From assembly GCA_050248855.1 (NCBI GenBank), contig JBFWRP010000011.1, positions 64,001 to 128,000 on the forward strand: a stretch of DNA of 64,000 nt, written 5' to 3'. A model generated the notes under the pieces. It was not told the DNA's origin and searched no databases. It saw only the letters and a list, made by a program, of their open reading frames with translations. Below are positions 26,522-37,304 of this stretch, piece by piece. Within the stretch, counting starts at the first letter, position 1. The number at the start of each line of letters is the position of its first letter. The translations under genes and the position numbers were made by a program. Source of the DNA: Planctomycetota bacterium (GTDB lineage Bacteria; Planctomycetota; PLA2; JAEUHO01).

Positions 26522-27073
26522 CTAGATGATCTCGACTTGCCAGTATTCCAGCTCGACCGGTGTCTCGCGGCCGAAGATCGTGACGGTCACCCGCACGATG
26601 CCCTTCGCCGGGATCACCTCGTCCACCTTGCCCTCGAAGGACTCGAGCGGACCTTCCTTGATCTTGACGCTGTCCCCCGGCTTGAGCGCGATCTTGAGCT
26701 GCGGAGCACGCTCTTCGTCGCGCTGCATGGAGGCCAGGAGGCGCTCCACCTCGGCCGGGTCCAGCGGGTCGGGGCTGCCGTGGGGTCCGACGAAGTCGCC
26801 GACCCCCGCGGTCTCCCGCACCAGGAACCAGACGTCGCGGGGCACCTTGCCCTCGGCGTCCTCCTCCACCTCGAGCAGGACATACCCGGGGTAGAGCTTC
26901 TTCTTGCGCGTGCGCTTCTTGCCGGCCTTCAGCTCGGTGACGACTTCCATGGGCACGAGCACGCGGGGCACGATGCTCTCGCGGCCCTCGGTCTTCAGGC
27001 GGCGCGTGAGGGCGGTCTGGACCGTCCCTTCACGTCCGCTCTGCACTCGAACCACGTACCAGCGCCTGGCCAT
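26522..27073 (-). CDS. nusG: Transcription termination/antitermination factor NusG
   Basis: Start ATG 27073; WYVVRVQSGRE, LYPGYVL, IFGRETPVEL. Confidence 0.96.
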   Translation of the reverse strand: MARRWYVVRVQSGREGTVQTALTRRLKTEGRESIVPRVLVPMEVVTELKAGKKRTRKKKLYPGYVLLEVEEDAEGKVPRDVWFLVRETAGVGDFVGPHGSPDPLDPAEVERLLASMQRDEERAPQLKIALKPGDSVKIKEGPLESFEGKVDEVIPAKGIVRVTVTIFGRETPVELEYWQVEII

Positions 27074-27139
27074 TTCCGCCGTCCCCGTTCCGCCAGGAGC
27101 CGACCGCGGTCGGACTCCGGGCACGTTTGCCCTCGCGAT

Positions 27140-27556
27140 CTAGTGGAAGATCAGGTGGAAGACCCGACGCAGGGCCCAGTCGAACCCGTACAGGCTCAGT
27201 CCCAGCACCACGGTCACCACCACGACCACGATCGTGGCGCTCTTCACTTCGCGGCGCGAAGGCCACGAGACCTTGCGCATCTCGCTCTCGGTGTCGATCA
27301 GCGCGTCCACCAGGCGCGGCCGGTTGAGCACGAGATGCACGGCCAGGAGGCCGAGCAGGAACACACCGAAGGCGAGCGCCTTCCAGATGTTCACGTCACC
27401 GATCAACGGCAGGCCCTTGACCCAGACGGCCGAGTCCAGCTGGTTGAAGGTGGCGAAGAACTGGATGGCGCCGAAGGCAACGAGGATCGCGCAGCAGACG
27501 TACGCCGCGATACGCGCCCAGGCGCCTTGGCCCTTTTTCAGGATTTCGAGCTGCAT
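27140..27556 (-). CDS. secE: Preprotein translocase subunit SecE (3-TM form)
   Basis: Start ATG 27556; LIDTESEMRKVSWPSRRE; between tRNA-Trp and nusG. Confidence 0.92.
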   Translation of the reverse strand: MQLEILKKGQGAWARIAAYVCCAILVAFGAIQFFATFNQLDSAVWVKGLPLIGDVNIWKALAFGVFLLGLLAVHLVLNRPRLVDALIDTESEMRKVSWPSRREVKSATIVVVVVTVVLGLSLYGFDWALRRVFHLIFH

Positions 27557-27620
27557 TCCCGTGGACTCCCGGTCCCGCGCGCGGCCCCCCCTTCGGGGGC
27601 GGCCCACGCCTCGCGAAGCG

Positions 27621-27696
27621 TGGCACGGCCGGAGGGACTCGAACCCCCAACCTGCTGATTTGGAATCAGCTGCTCTACCAATTGAGCTACAGCCGT
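27621..27696 (-). tRNA. tRNA-Trp (CCA)
   Basis: ACGGCTGTAGCTCAATTGGTAGAGCAGCTGATTCCAAATCAGCAGGTTGGGGGTTCGAGTCCCTCCGGCCGTGCCA; cloverleaf with encoded CCA end. Confidence 0.96.
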
Positions 27697-27742
27697 CCGC
27701 GTACGAACCTCGCAACGAACCGCCGTGAGGCGGGCCGCCGCG

Positions 27743-27916
27743 CTACTTCTTCTTGCTCTCCTTGTGGAGCGTGTGCTTCTGCAACCGCGGGCAGTACTTC
27801 ATGAGCTCCAGCTTGTACGGGTTGCCCTTGATGCGTTTCTGCACGCGGTAGTTCAGGTCGCCCGTCTCGGTGCACTGCAGCCAGACGTAGCCTCGTGCCT
27901 GGGCGGCTTTGGCCAT
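27743..27916 (-). CDS. rpmG: 50S ribosomal protein L33 (missed by ORF track)
   Basis: Manual translation [67 protein letters not shown]. Confidence 0.93.
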   Translation of the reverse strand: MAKAAQARGYVWLQCTETGDLNYRVQKRIKGNPYKLELMKYCPRLQKHTLHKESKKK

Positions 27917-28057
27917 GGCGCACTCCTCCGGCCCTGGAAGGCCCGCTGCGCGACCCCCCGGACGGCTTCAGGCGAGCCGCCTCGGCTCGCCTTCCGCCCC
28001 CGCGGGGCATCGCGCCGGGACGGCCCCCGAGGGGCCGCCCCGTCGTTCTCGATCGCC

Positions 28058-29266
<1,209 letters not shown>

Positions 29267-29785
29267 GTGTGGCTGTCCTCCGAGGGTCCGTCCGGCCTCG
29301 CGCTCCCTGGTCCAGCGACTCGTGGACCGGTGAAGCGCCGTGGGCTGGAGGGCGACTCCTGCTCGCTGTTGCGGATGTTCGTTACGGAAAAGGTTCGTTA
29401 CGGGGAAAGGGGTGTCGAGGGTTCGGCCCGCGTGGGTCGGTCCCGCCGAGGTGGGCGCCGCGTGGACGGCGCGCGCGACACGTCACGTGGATGACGCAAT
29501 CGCGCGGGGGGCCAAGCAACCTCGGAACGCACGTCCGCACGGACGACTCCCGTCGCTTCCGTGCACTTGCGCCTCCCGAAGGACGGCTCGGCCCACCACG
29601 GCCGCTCCCCCTACGTCACGGCCGGGGCCGCGCCGCCTGGGGAGCGCAGTACGTTACGGACGGACCGGCCGGATGCCGACCTCCGCCCGCGAGATTCCGA
29701 CACGAATCGGGAGCCGCGCCGTCCCGGGCGGCCGGCCGGCCGGGCTACCCCGGGTCACGCTGCCGGCGTCTGCCGAGCTCCCCGA

Positions 29786-29859
29786 CCGGGCAATGTCCCC
29801 CTCCGGGCAATGTCCCCTATCGGGCAATGTCCCCTACCGGGCAATGTCCCCTACCGGGC
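29786..29859. repeat. 17-bp tandem repeat (CCGGGCAATGTCCCCTA) x~4.3
   Basis: Units start at 29786, 29803, 29820, 29837 with a partial unit at 29854; between tRNA-Thr and tuf. Confidence 0.9.
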
Positions 29860-29958
29860 GCGCTCGGCACCGTCCGGGAGGCCCGGCGTTGCCAGGCCCC
29901 GCACGGCGACCCTCGAGCGAGGCCGCGCAGGGCGGCCAGCCGCCCCGGCCGGACGGAG

Positions 29959-30033
29959 TGGAGCTGGAGGCGGGGATTGAACCCGCGACCTCCTCCTTAC
30001 CAAGGAGGTGCTCTACCACTGAGCTACTCCAGC
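29959..30033 (-). tRNA. tRNA-Thr (GGT)
   Basis: GCTGGAGTAGCTCAGTGGTAGAGCACCTCCTTGGTAAGGAGGAGGTCGCGGGTTCAATCCCCGCCTCCAGCTCCA. Confidence 0.96.
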
Positions 30034-30187
30034 GTTCGTGTGCGACTGCGGCGTTGTCGGGCTGTTCCGAGGTTGGTGCGGACTGCTCCGGCGCTCCGCA
30101 GCCCTGCGCCGTCCGCGCGGCTGCGGCCCACGCTACCCCCCCGTCCGCGCCCTCCATCCAAGCCGCCCGACCCGCGGGCGACCAGGA

Positions 30188-30261
30188 TGGAGCGGGCGAT
30201 GGGAATCGAACCCACGTCAGTAGCTTGGAAGGCTACAGCTCTACCATTGAGCTACGCCCGC
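30188..30261 (-). tRNA. tRNA-Gly (TCC)
   Basis: GCGGGCGTAGCTCAATGGTAGAGCTGTAGCCTTCCAAGCTACTGACGTGGGTTCGATTCCCATCGCCCGCTCCA. Confidence 0.96.
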
Positions 30262-30307
30262 GAAGGCGACGGCCGCGAGCGCGTACGCCCTCGCCCGACG
30301 GCGGCGG

Positions 30308-30335
30308 ATCGTACGGGTCCGGCGCAGGGTTGCAA
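30308..30335 (-). promoter_or_regulatory. Putative sigma70-type promoter for tRNA-Gly/tRNA-Thr
   Basis: TTGCAA-N16-TACGAT on the minus strand, ~45 nt upstream of tRNA-Gly. Confidence 0.55.
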
Positions 30336-30369
30336 TCCCCGGCCGACGCCGCACGTCTCCGACCGTGCT

Positions 30370-30624
30370 TCAGTCCAGCTCGCGGATGAGGAAGTAGGTG
30401 CCTACGGCTGCGCCGACCTGCAAGAGCAGGCCCGGCAGCGCATTGCCGCCAGGAGGCGGAGGTAGGCCAGGAGGCCCCCCGGCGCAGCCGGTGGTGGGCG
30501 TGGCGATGGAGCCGAGCAACAGCACGGTGGCCATGACGCGTCCCACGCGTGCAAGGACGTTCCTGCGACCGGCGCGTGCTCGCGCGCTCGCGGGCTTCAT
30601 CCCGGTAGACCCGGTCCTCTGCAT
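30370..30624 (-). CDS. Small hypothetical exported/lipoprotein-like protein (start uncertain)
   Basis: Basic N-terminus, hydrophobic stretch ending TTGC, Pro-rich linker, hydrophobic C-terminus. Confidence 0.4.
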   Translation of the reverse strand: MQRTGSTGMKPASARARAGRRNVLARVGRVMATVLLLGSIATPTTGCAGGPPGLPPPPGGNALPGLLLQVGAAVGTYFLIRELD

Positions 30625-31056
30625 GGTCGATACCCTCCCGCCCGTCCAGGGGCCGCGGAACGGGATACCGCTCGACGACCCCAACTGCCACGCTGGAGTG
30701 CGGCAGGATCCCCAGCCTGGGCCCGGATTTCGCTCCGCGACGCGCTGGCGGGGACCAAGGATGACGGCCGCGTGACGGAGGGCACGCGTCCGACCCCTGT
30801 GGTGCGGACGTGCTGCTCGGCCAGTGCCCGGTCCCGCACCCGCATCTGCTCCGCGAGACGCAGTTCACCGCGTGGCCCGCCAAGGCGGGCCGACGCGCGG
30901 CCGCGAGGCGTCGCCGATGTGGGCGCACGACCGTCGCCCTGACGAGCTGATGCCGTGGGATGGCGCGCTGGACCCGCCGGCGTACGCCCCTGGCGGTCGA
31001 GGTTCGAGGAGCAGACGGGAGCCACGGGGGCTGGACGGCTACGACGGAGGAGCGCC

Positions 31057-31770
31057 GTGCAGGAGTACCAACGCGTCTTTGCCGACTTCTTGTGGAACGC
31101 CGGCGCGCTACGCATCGGCGACTTCCAGCTGAAGAGCGGTCGTCGCTCGCCGCTGTTCCTGAACACCGGCCTCCTCGACACGGGCACGCGCCTCGCGCGA
31201 CTTGGCGAGGCGTACGCGGCCACGCTGCTGGACCGGGTAGGCGCAGCGTCCTTCGATGTGGTGTTCGGCCCTGCGTACAAGGGCATCCCCTTGGCGGTCG
31301 CGACGACGATCGCGCTGGCCGCGAAGGGTGTGGACAAGGCGTGCCTGTCGGACCGCAAGGAGGCCAAGACCCACGGGGCCGAAGCCGCGGGCAGCCCCGC
31401 CGCAAGCCGACTGCTCGGTCGGCCCCCGGCGGCCGATGCCCGCTTCGTCCTCGTGGACGACGTGTTGACGGACGGGGCGACCAAGGTCGAGGCCGTGCGG
31501 CTGCTCGGCCAGCTCGCACCCGAAGGCCGTGTCGTCTCGCTGCTCATCGTGTTGGACCGCCAGGAAGTGCGTGCGGACGGTCGCGATGCCGTCGCCTCCT
31601 TCCGCGAAGAATGCAGCGTGCCCGTGCACCCCGTGCTCGGCCTGACGGACTTGATCGACCACCTCGCCAGGACGGGGCGCATGCCGGCCCCCGACCTCGC
31701 ACGCTGCAAGGCCTACTGGGCCGAGTTCGGCACGAGCGCCGCGAAGGCCTGGGCCGCGCGCCGAGGCTGA
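31057..31770 (+). CDS. pyrE: Orotate phosphoribosyltransferase
   Basis: GTG 31057 after GGAGG; GDFQLKSGRRSPLFLNTG, FGPAYKGIPL, DRKEAKTHG, VLVDDVLTDG (PRPP motif). Confidence 0.93.
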   Translation: MQEYQRVFADFLWNAGALRIGDFQLKSGRRSPLFLNTGLLDTGTRLARLGEAYAATLLDRVGAASFDVVFGPAYKGIPLAVATTIALAAKGVDKACLSDRKEAKTHGAEAAGSPAASRLLGRPPAADARFVLVDDVLTDGATKVEAVRLLGQLAPEGRVVSLLIVLDRQEVRADGRDAVASFREECSVPVHPVLGLTDLIDHLARTGRMPAPDLARCKAYWAEFGTSAAKAWAARRG

Positions 31771-31941
31771 GCCGGACGCGGCCAGGGCGGGCCGACGTGC
31801 CGAGCCTCGAAGATTCCTCCGCGGCGTGGGCGGGAGGGACGGAAGGCCTGGGCCAAGGCCGCGCCACGAGCAGGCGTGCCTGCGCGCCGACCGGTTCTCC
31901 CGTACCCTCCTGCAGGGCCCGCACGCGACGGAACGAGCGAG

Positions 31942-34104
31942 ATGCGCATGTCTGCCAGGCTCTGGTCCCGCTCCCTGACGTTTCGCCTTTGCGTCGTGAC
32001 CGTCGTGGTGGGGTTCTGCGTACCTGCACCAACCGACGCGTGGGCCCACGGCGGCAGCATCGTGGTGCCGCCCCCGCCGCCGGCGCCCTCCGAGCCGCCG
32101 ATCCCGCGACCGCCGCCGCCGCCGATCACCCCTCCGGGGGGCCCCATCTCGCCGCCGCCCACACCTCCGCCCACCTCGCCGGGTTCCCGCGGCGGCCCGA
32201 TCACGCCCCCGAGCAAGCCGCCTCCCGTCACGCCCGACCGCACGAAGCCTGGCACGCCGCCGACCACGCCGCCGGGTACACCTCCCCCGGCTCCGGGCGG
32301 GGCCTCCGGACCGACGACGGGTGGCCCCGCGCGCCCCGGCACGGGGACAGCGACGCCCCCCACGGCGGGGCCCGGCTCGCGCAACCCGCGCGGCGGCAGC
32401 GCGGCCTCCACGCAGATGCCCGCCTGGTCGCTCTGGTGGGCGTTCAACCGCCTGGCGTGGCTGCCCGGCCGCCATGAGCTCGAGCTCCGCCGCGCCGGCA
32501 ACGTGACACCGCGGGAGGGTGCGCCCGACGGGTGCGCGCAGCGCGACGAAGTCGCCCGCCGCACCGTCGTGCCGTGGCTGCTGCGCACCCTCGCGACACC
32601 CCGCACGGAGCCCGAGGTCACCGCGGCGAGCCTGCTGGCCCTGGCCAAGCTGTCCAACGACACCCTCGCCCTGGCCACGATCGACCGCTACCTGCGGGTG
32701 GCCCCGGACGACGCCGTCGTGGCCGAGTCCGCCGCGTTGGCCGCCGGACTCCTGCGTCGCAGCGACCCCCAGCGCCAAGCATCGGCCGACGCGCTGGACG
32801 CCATCCGGGATCGTCTCCTCGAGATCGTCGACACGGACCACCGCCGCTGGCGGACGCGGGCGTTCGCCGCCCTGGCGCTCGGCCTCCTCGGCGACCAGCC
32901 GGGCGGCGGTCCGCCCGGGTACGAGGGCGCTCGCACGGCGCGCGCCCTGTGGGCGCGGCTGGAGACCCGACCCACGCACCCCGAGCTGGACGCGGCGCTG
33001 ATCATGGCGCTCGGCATGCAACCTGCGGCCGGCGTGCCCGTGCGCGCCAGCGAGGGGTTGAAGGACGCCGTGCTTGGCCGCCGCGTCGGCGGCCGACGCT
33101 GGGCGGATCGCGAGCGCGCGCACGCGGTCGCCGCGGTCGCCGCCCTGCGCGCGCCCGGCTGGGCCACGTGGACGCTCCGTGTGGCCATCGCGCCGCGCGT
33201 GCCCCAGACCGTCCGCGAAGCCGCCGTGTTGGCCTTGGGCGGCGGTGCGGACGACGTCGATGCGACCGGGCGCGAAGAGGTCGCGAGGAGCTTCTCGCGC
33301 GTGCTCGATCGCGCCAAGGAGCCCGCGGCACGCGGCCTGATCTGGGTGACCGCGGGTCGCTTGGTCCGCGCAGGCCTCGCCGCACGGGACGAGCTCCTCG
33401 ATCGACACCCCCACGTGGGGCGCGCCCTGCGCTCCGCAGCCGTGAACACCCAGGCCGACGAGCGCGCCTTCGCGGCCGTGGGGCTGGCCCTCGCACACGC
33501 CGGTAGCCCCGCGCAGAAGGAAACGGGCGCCCTGCTACGCGACCGTTTCGGGCGCGATCCGGGTGGACCGGGGACGCGCGCGGCCCACGCGCTCGCGCTC
33601 CTGCTCCTCGGGGATCCCGACGCAGCACCCGTGCTGCTGGAGCACCTCCAGGACCAGGGGGCCGAGTCGGGCCTGCGCGCCATGTGCGCGCTCGCGCTGG
33701 GCGTGCTCGGACAAGCCGACGACGACACGCGCCGTGCGCTGGCGACCGCCGTGTTCGATCGCTCCTACCCCGACGTTGCGGGTGAGTCGGCCCTGGCCCT
33801 GTCCATGCTGCCCCGCGGCAGCGAAGCCCCCCTCCTCGCCGGTCAGCTCGACGACCGCGCGAGCGAGCACACGCGAGCCCGCGTCGCCGTGGCGTTGGGG
33901 CGGCTCGGCGACTTGCGCGCCGTCGAGGACCTGCTGGCGGTTGCGAGCGGAGAGGCGCACGGCGACGAGACCCGCGCCCTGGCCGTCGCGGCCCTCGGGT
34001 TGCTCGTGGACCCGGAACCCGTGCCGAGCCTCGTCCGCTTGGCGCGGGACGCGCCGTACCCGGCGCGTACCGACGCCCTGCACGCGGCGCTCGACATCCT
34101 GTGA
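31942..34104 (+). CDS. Secreted Pro-rich HEAT-repeat protein
   Basis: Signal peptide ending AWA-HGG, ~110-aa Pro/Gly/Thr linker, then many R..AALALG helical repeats. Confidence 0.8.
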   Translation: MRMSARLWSRSLTFRLCVVTVVVGFCVPAPTDAWAHGGSIVVPPPPPAPSEPPIPRPPPPPITPPGGPISPPPTPPPTSPGSRGGPITPPSKPPPVTPDRTKPGTPPTTPPGTPPPAPGGASGPTTGGPARPGTGTATPPTAGPGSRNPRGGSAASTQMPAWSLWWAFNRLAWLPGRHELELRRAGNVTPREGAPDGCAQRDEVARRTVVPWLLRTLATPRTEPEVTAASLLALAKLSNDTLALATIDRYLRVAPDDAVVAESAALAAGLLRRSDPQRQASADALDAIRDRLLEIVDTDHRRWRTRAFAALALGLLGDQPGGGPPGYEGARTARALWARLETRPTHPELDAALIMALGMQPAAGVPVRASEGLKDAVLGRRVGGRRWADRERAHAVAAVAALRAPGWATWTLRVAIAPRVPQTVREAAVLALGGGADDVDATGREEVARSFSRVLDRAKEPAARGLIWVTAGRLVRAGLAARDELLDRHPHVGRALRSAAVNTQADERAFAAVGLALAHAGSPAQKETGALLRDRFGRDPGGPGTRAAHALALLLLGDPDAAPVLLEHLQDQGAESGLRAMCALALGVLGQADDDTRRALATAVFDRSYPDVAGESALALSMLPRGSEAPLLAGQLDDRASEHTRARVAVALGRLGDLRAVEDLLAVASGEAHGDETRALAVAALGLLVDPEPVPSLVRLARDAPYPARTDALHAALDIL

Positions 34105-35345
34105 ACCGCTGGCCCGGGGCGCGCGTAGCGCCCGCGGCGGCGCGGCGCCCGTGGACCGTGCGCGCGGCGCACTGGACCGCCTTCCTTGACCGCCCCGCAC
34201 GCAGCCCCTACCTTCCGCTCGTGGCGCCGCGCCTCCTCCTCGTTGTCGTCGCCGCATGGGTCGTGGCCGCCCCTATCGCCGTGGCCGATCCAGGTGGGGC
34301 GACGCCCGCTCCTGCCGATGACCTTGCCGTGGCCCGGCGCATCGAGGCCGAGCTCGTCCGTTTGCTCGAGCACGTGGACGCAAGCACGGTCAGCCTGCTT
34401 GGATGCAAGTCGCAAGCCGGCGGCACGGCCACCGTGCTCGGTGCCGGCAGTGGCGTCCTCGTCAGCTACCGCGGTACATGGCTCGTCACGAACGGTCACG
34501 TGGTCAATGGCTGCTCGCGGATCGAGGCCATCCTGCCCGGCGGCGCGCGCGAGCGCGTTCGCGTCGTCGCCACGGACAAGACGGCCGACCTGGCCATCCT
34601 GGCCTTCGACGAGCGTCCTGCTTCGCTCGTGCCCGTGCCGATTGCCGAGGGGCACGAGCCCCTGGCGGAAGGCACGTGGGTCGTCGCGACGGGGAATCCG
34701 TTCCTCCTGGCCGAAGACGGCGCTTCGGCGGCTTCGCTCGGGGTGTTCAGCGGCCAGCGCGGGGCGGCATGCGAAGCGCGGCTCGGCGGCTGCAGCCTGC
34801 AGCACGACGCCGAGATCAACCCGGGCAGCTCGGGCGGGCCGCTCTGGAGCGTCGAGGGTCGCCTGCTCGGCGTGAACGGTGCCATCGTCACCCGATCGCG
34901 GTTGGAGGGCACGGGCCCGGCCTACAGCGGCGCCAGCTTCAGCGTCCCCACGCCCCGCGTGGCAGCCTTCATCGACCAGGTGCTCGGTCCCACGAGCCGG
35001 GCGAGCGTCACAGGGCCGACGACCACGAGGACGGCGGCCACCACGAGGCGGCAAGGCGCCGCAGCGCGCCTGGGCGCCCGTCTGGTGGCCGTGCAGGACG
35101 GACGAGGGAGCGGACTGGGCGTGCGCATCCGGGACATCCTGTCGTCGTCTCCGCTCCGGCGCGGCCGGGCGCTCGTGGACGGCGACCGGATCATCGAGGT
35201 CCGCATCGCCGGCTCGCGGCGGGCGGTGCGGACCCTGGCCGACCTGGACCAGGCCTTGGCGCAGGCGCCCGCAGGCGCCGAAGTCACCCTGCTCGCCGAC
35301 CGGGGCGGCGTACGGGTGGCTTGGCAAGGAACGCCGGACGCGTGA
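34101..35345 (+). CDS. Trypsin-like serine protease with degenerate PDZ domain (HtrA/DegP-like); start uncertain
   Basis: Catalytic triad motifs VTNGHVV, DLAIL, INPGSSGGPL; GDRIIEV PDZ-like tail. Confidence 0.88.
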   Translation: MNRWPGARVAPAAARRPWTVRAAHWTAFLDRPARSPYLPLVAPRLLLVVVAAWVVAAPIAVADPGGATPAPADDLAVARRIEAELVRLLEHVDASTVSLLGCKSQAGGTATVLGAGSGVLVSYRGTWLVTNGHVVNGCSRIEAILPGGARERVRVVATDKTADLAILAFDERPASLVPVPIAEGHEPLAEGTWVVATGNPFLLAEDGASAASLGVFSGQRGAACEARLGGCSLQHDAEINPGSSGGPLWSVEGRLLGVNGAIVTRSRLEGTGPAYSGASFSVPTPRVAAFIDQVLGPTSRASVTGPTTTRTAATTRRQGAAARLGARLVAVQDGRGSGLGVRIRDILSSSPLRRGRALVDGDRIIEVRIAGSRRAVRTLADLDQALAQAPAGAEVTLLADRGGVRVAWQGTPDA

Positions 35346-37198
35346 GCGCAGCCACGCGGACTTCGCTCGGCGACCGCGGCCCCCGTGCCGCGTGGGTGCG
35401 ACGGGGGCTGATCACGCTCCTCCTGCTGTTCCCACGTCCTGCCTCGGCAGGCGAGGACCTGACGCGCGTCCAGGAAGTGTTCCGCGACGCGATCCGCCGC
35501 GCGACGCCCGCCACGGTGGTGTGCCGCCCGCGCGGCGTGGCCTCCGCCCGCGCGGGCTTCAGCTCGGGCGTCCTCGTGCACCCGCGTGGACTCGTGCTCT
35601 CCGACGGGGACGCGGGGCTCGTCTGGGTGACGGTCGCAGGGCGCGTGACGAAGTCGTGGAGCGACGACGTGGTCGTTCGCCTCGTGGGGCAGCCGGGAGC
35701 CGCCTCACGCAGGGGCCGTGTCGTGGCGCGCAACCGCGACATCGACGCATCGCTCATCGAGCTCGTGGACGCCGGCGACACGCCGCTGCCGTATGTACCG
35801 ATCGGCACCGGCGCCGAGGCTCGCGTGGGCGACTTCGCCCTGGCGCTCGGCACCACGTTCGACGACGAGGGCGTCACGCCGCCCACGCTCACGGCGGGCC
35901 TTATCTCCGCGCTGGCCGAGAACGCGGCGGGAGACGCGAGCGGCCCCTGGCGCACGATCTACACGAGCGCCGCCATCAACCAGGGCGTCAACGGCGGCCC
36001 CCTCATCAGCTTGACCGGGCGCCTCGTCGGCACCGTCAGCACGTACCTGGACCCGGAGCCGGACGAGCCGCACCCGTACCTCGGCAAGGTGGTCCCCATC
36101 GACGTCGTCCGGGCCGCTTTCGCCGAGCTCGCGCCGATGGACGAAGTCGTGGCGGTCGCCGCCGTGGCTCCGGCGATCGACAAGGGCCCCGCGGGAGCCC
36201 TCGAGTCCACCGTGCGTGCCGCGGCCCACGCGGCGTGGCCCTCCGTCGTGAGCCTGGAGGTCAAGCGCCGCGCCCCGGTACGCGGGGAGACGCTGTTGGA
36301 GGAGTCGGTCGTGACCCTCCCGCGCTGGGGCGGACCCGTGACGGCCGTCGTGGCCGACGCGGACGGGCACGTGGTCACGAGCCTGCACAACCTCACGAAC
36401 CTCGCGGACCGCGCGCGTCCGACCTGGCGGCCGCCCGAGGGCGCCGACCACATGAGCGGGCTGGCCGACATCGAGGGAGCCACGGTGTGGCTTGCGGAGG
36501 GCGTCTCGCTCCCGGCTCGCTTCGTCGGCCACGACCTCAAACGCGGCGTGGGTCTGTTCGTCGTCGAGCACGGCGCCGACCAGCTGCCGCCGCCGCTCGC
36601 TGCGGCGTCGGGCGAGGCGCTCACGCGTGGCCGCTTCGTGCTCGCGCTCGGCAACCCCTACGGTGCAGAGCGCCCCCGGGCCCCGCTGCTCACGATGGGT
36701 GTGCTGGGCAAGCGCCATGACGACCGCGCGCCGGCGGCGTGGCGTGGTCAGTGGCAGACCGACGCCGCGGTGCTCGACACGAGCGCCGGCGGCCCGGCCG
36801 TGGACCTCGAGGGCAAGGTGCTGGGCCTGCTGCACCTCTGGCACCCCGCCCGCCACGGCCGCGGCAGCGGGATCGCCTTCATCGTGCCCTGGTCCGACGT
36901 CCGCGAGGCCGTGGCAGGCATCGCGGCCGGCACGGCGCCCCAGCCCGGCGTGTTCGGCGTCTGGTTCGCGAACGCGCCCACCGCGCTGGTCTCCCGCACG
37001 CTGGAGGGGGGCCCAGCCGCTGCCGCCGGCGTCCGCGTGGGCGACCGCGTGATGGCGCTGGACGGACAGGACGTGACCTCGCCCGGGGAGGCCCGCGCGG
37101 TGCTCCTGCAGCGCTTCGCCGGCGAAACCGTGACCGCCACGATCCGCCGCGGCGAGCAGGTCCTGACCATCGACGTGGTCCTCGCGGCCCGGGAGTAG
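35342..37198 (+). CDS. Tandem trypsin-like domains plus PDZ, predicted catalytically inactive
   Basis: GTG 35342 overlaps upstream TGA; domain 1 LSDGDAG/INQGVNGGPL, domain 2 VTSLHNL/LDTSAGGPAV; PDZ GPAAAAGVRVGDRV. Confidence 0.8.
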   Translation: MSAATRTSLGDRGPRAAWVRRGLITLLLLFPRPASAGEDLTRVQEVFRDAIRRATPATVVCRPRGVASARAGFSSGVLVHPRGLVLSDGDAGLVWVTVAGRVTKSWSDDVVVRLVGQPGAASRRGRVVARNRDIDASLIELVDAGDTPLPYVPIGTGAEARVGDFALALGTTFDDEGVTPPTLTAGLISALAENAAGDASGPWRTIYTSAAINQGVNGGPLISLTGRLVGTVSTYLDPEPDEPHPYLGKVVPIDVVRAAFAELAPMDEVVAVAAVAPAIDKGPAGALESTVRAAAHAAWPSVVSLEVKRRAPVRGETLLEESVVTLPRWGGPVTAVVADADGHVVTSLHNLTNLADRARPTWRPPEGADHMSGLADIEGATVWLAEGVSLPARFVGHDLKRGVGLFVVEHGADQLPPPLAAASGEALTRGRFVLALGNPYGAERPRAPLLTMGVLGKRHDDRAPAAWRGQWQTDAAVLDTSAGGPAVDLEGKVLGLLHLWHPARHGRGSGIAFIVPWSDVREAVAGIAAGTAPQPGVFGVWFANAPTALVSRTLEGGPAAAAGVRVGDRVMALDGQDVTSPGEARAVLLQRFAGETVTATIRRGEQVLTIDVVLAARE

Positions 37199-37304
37199 GG
37201 CTCCCGCACCCCGAAACCCCCTCAAGTCCGGCCCCCGGGCCGGCCGATGGGAGTCCGCCGGGGGGCAACGCGACGAGGGCGACCTCGCCGCCGGGAGACG
37301 CGAC

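Noticed and set aside
30770..31050. Small ORF or pseudogene, or hammerhead ribozyme (CTGACGAG at about 30939), upstream of pyrE
   Set aside because: No convincing start or homology, and no correctly placed GAAA or stems for a hammerhead core
32060..32400. Pro-rich region as a DNA tandem repeat
   Set aside because: Low-complexity protein linker without a regular nucleotide period
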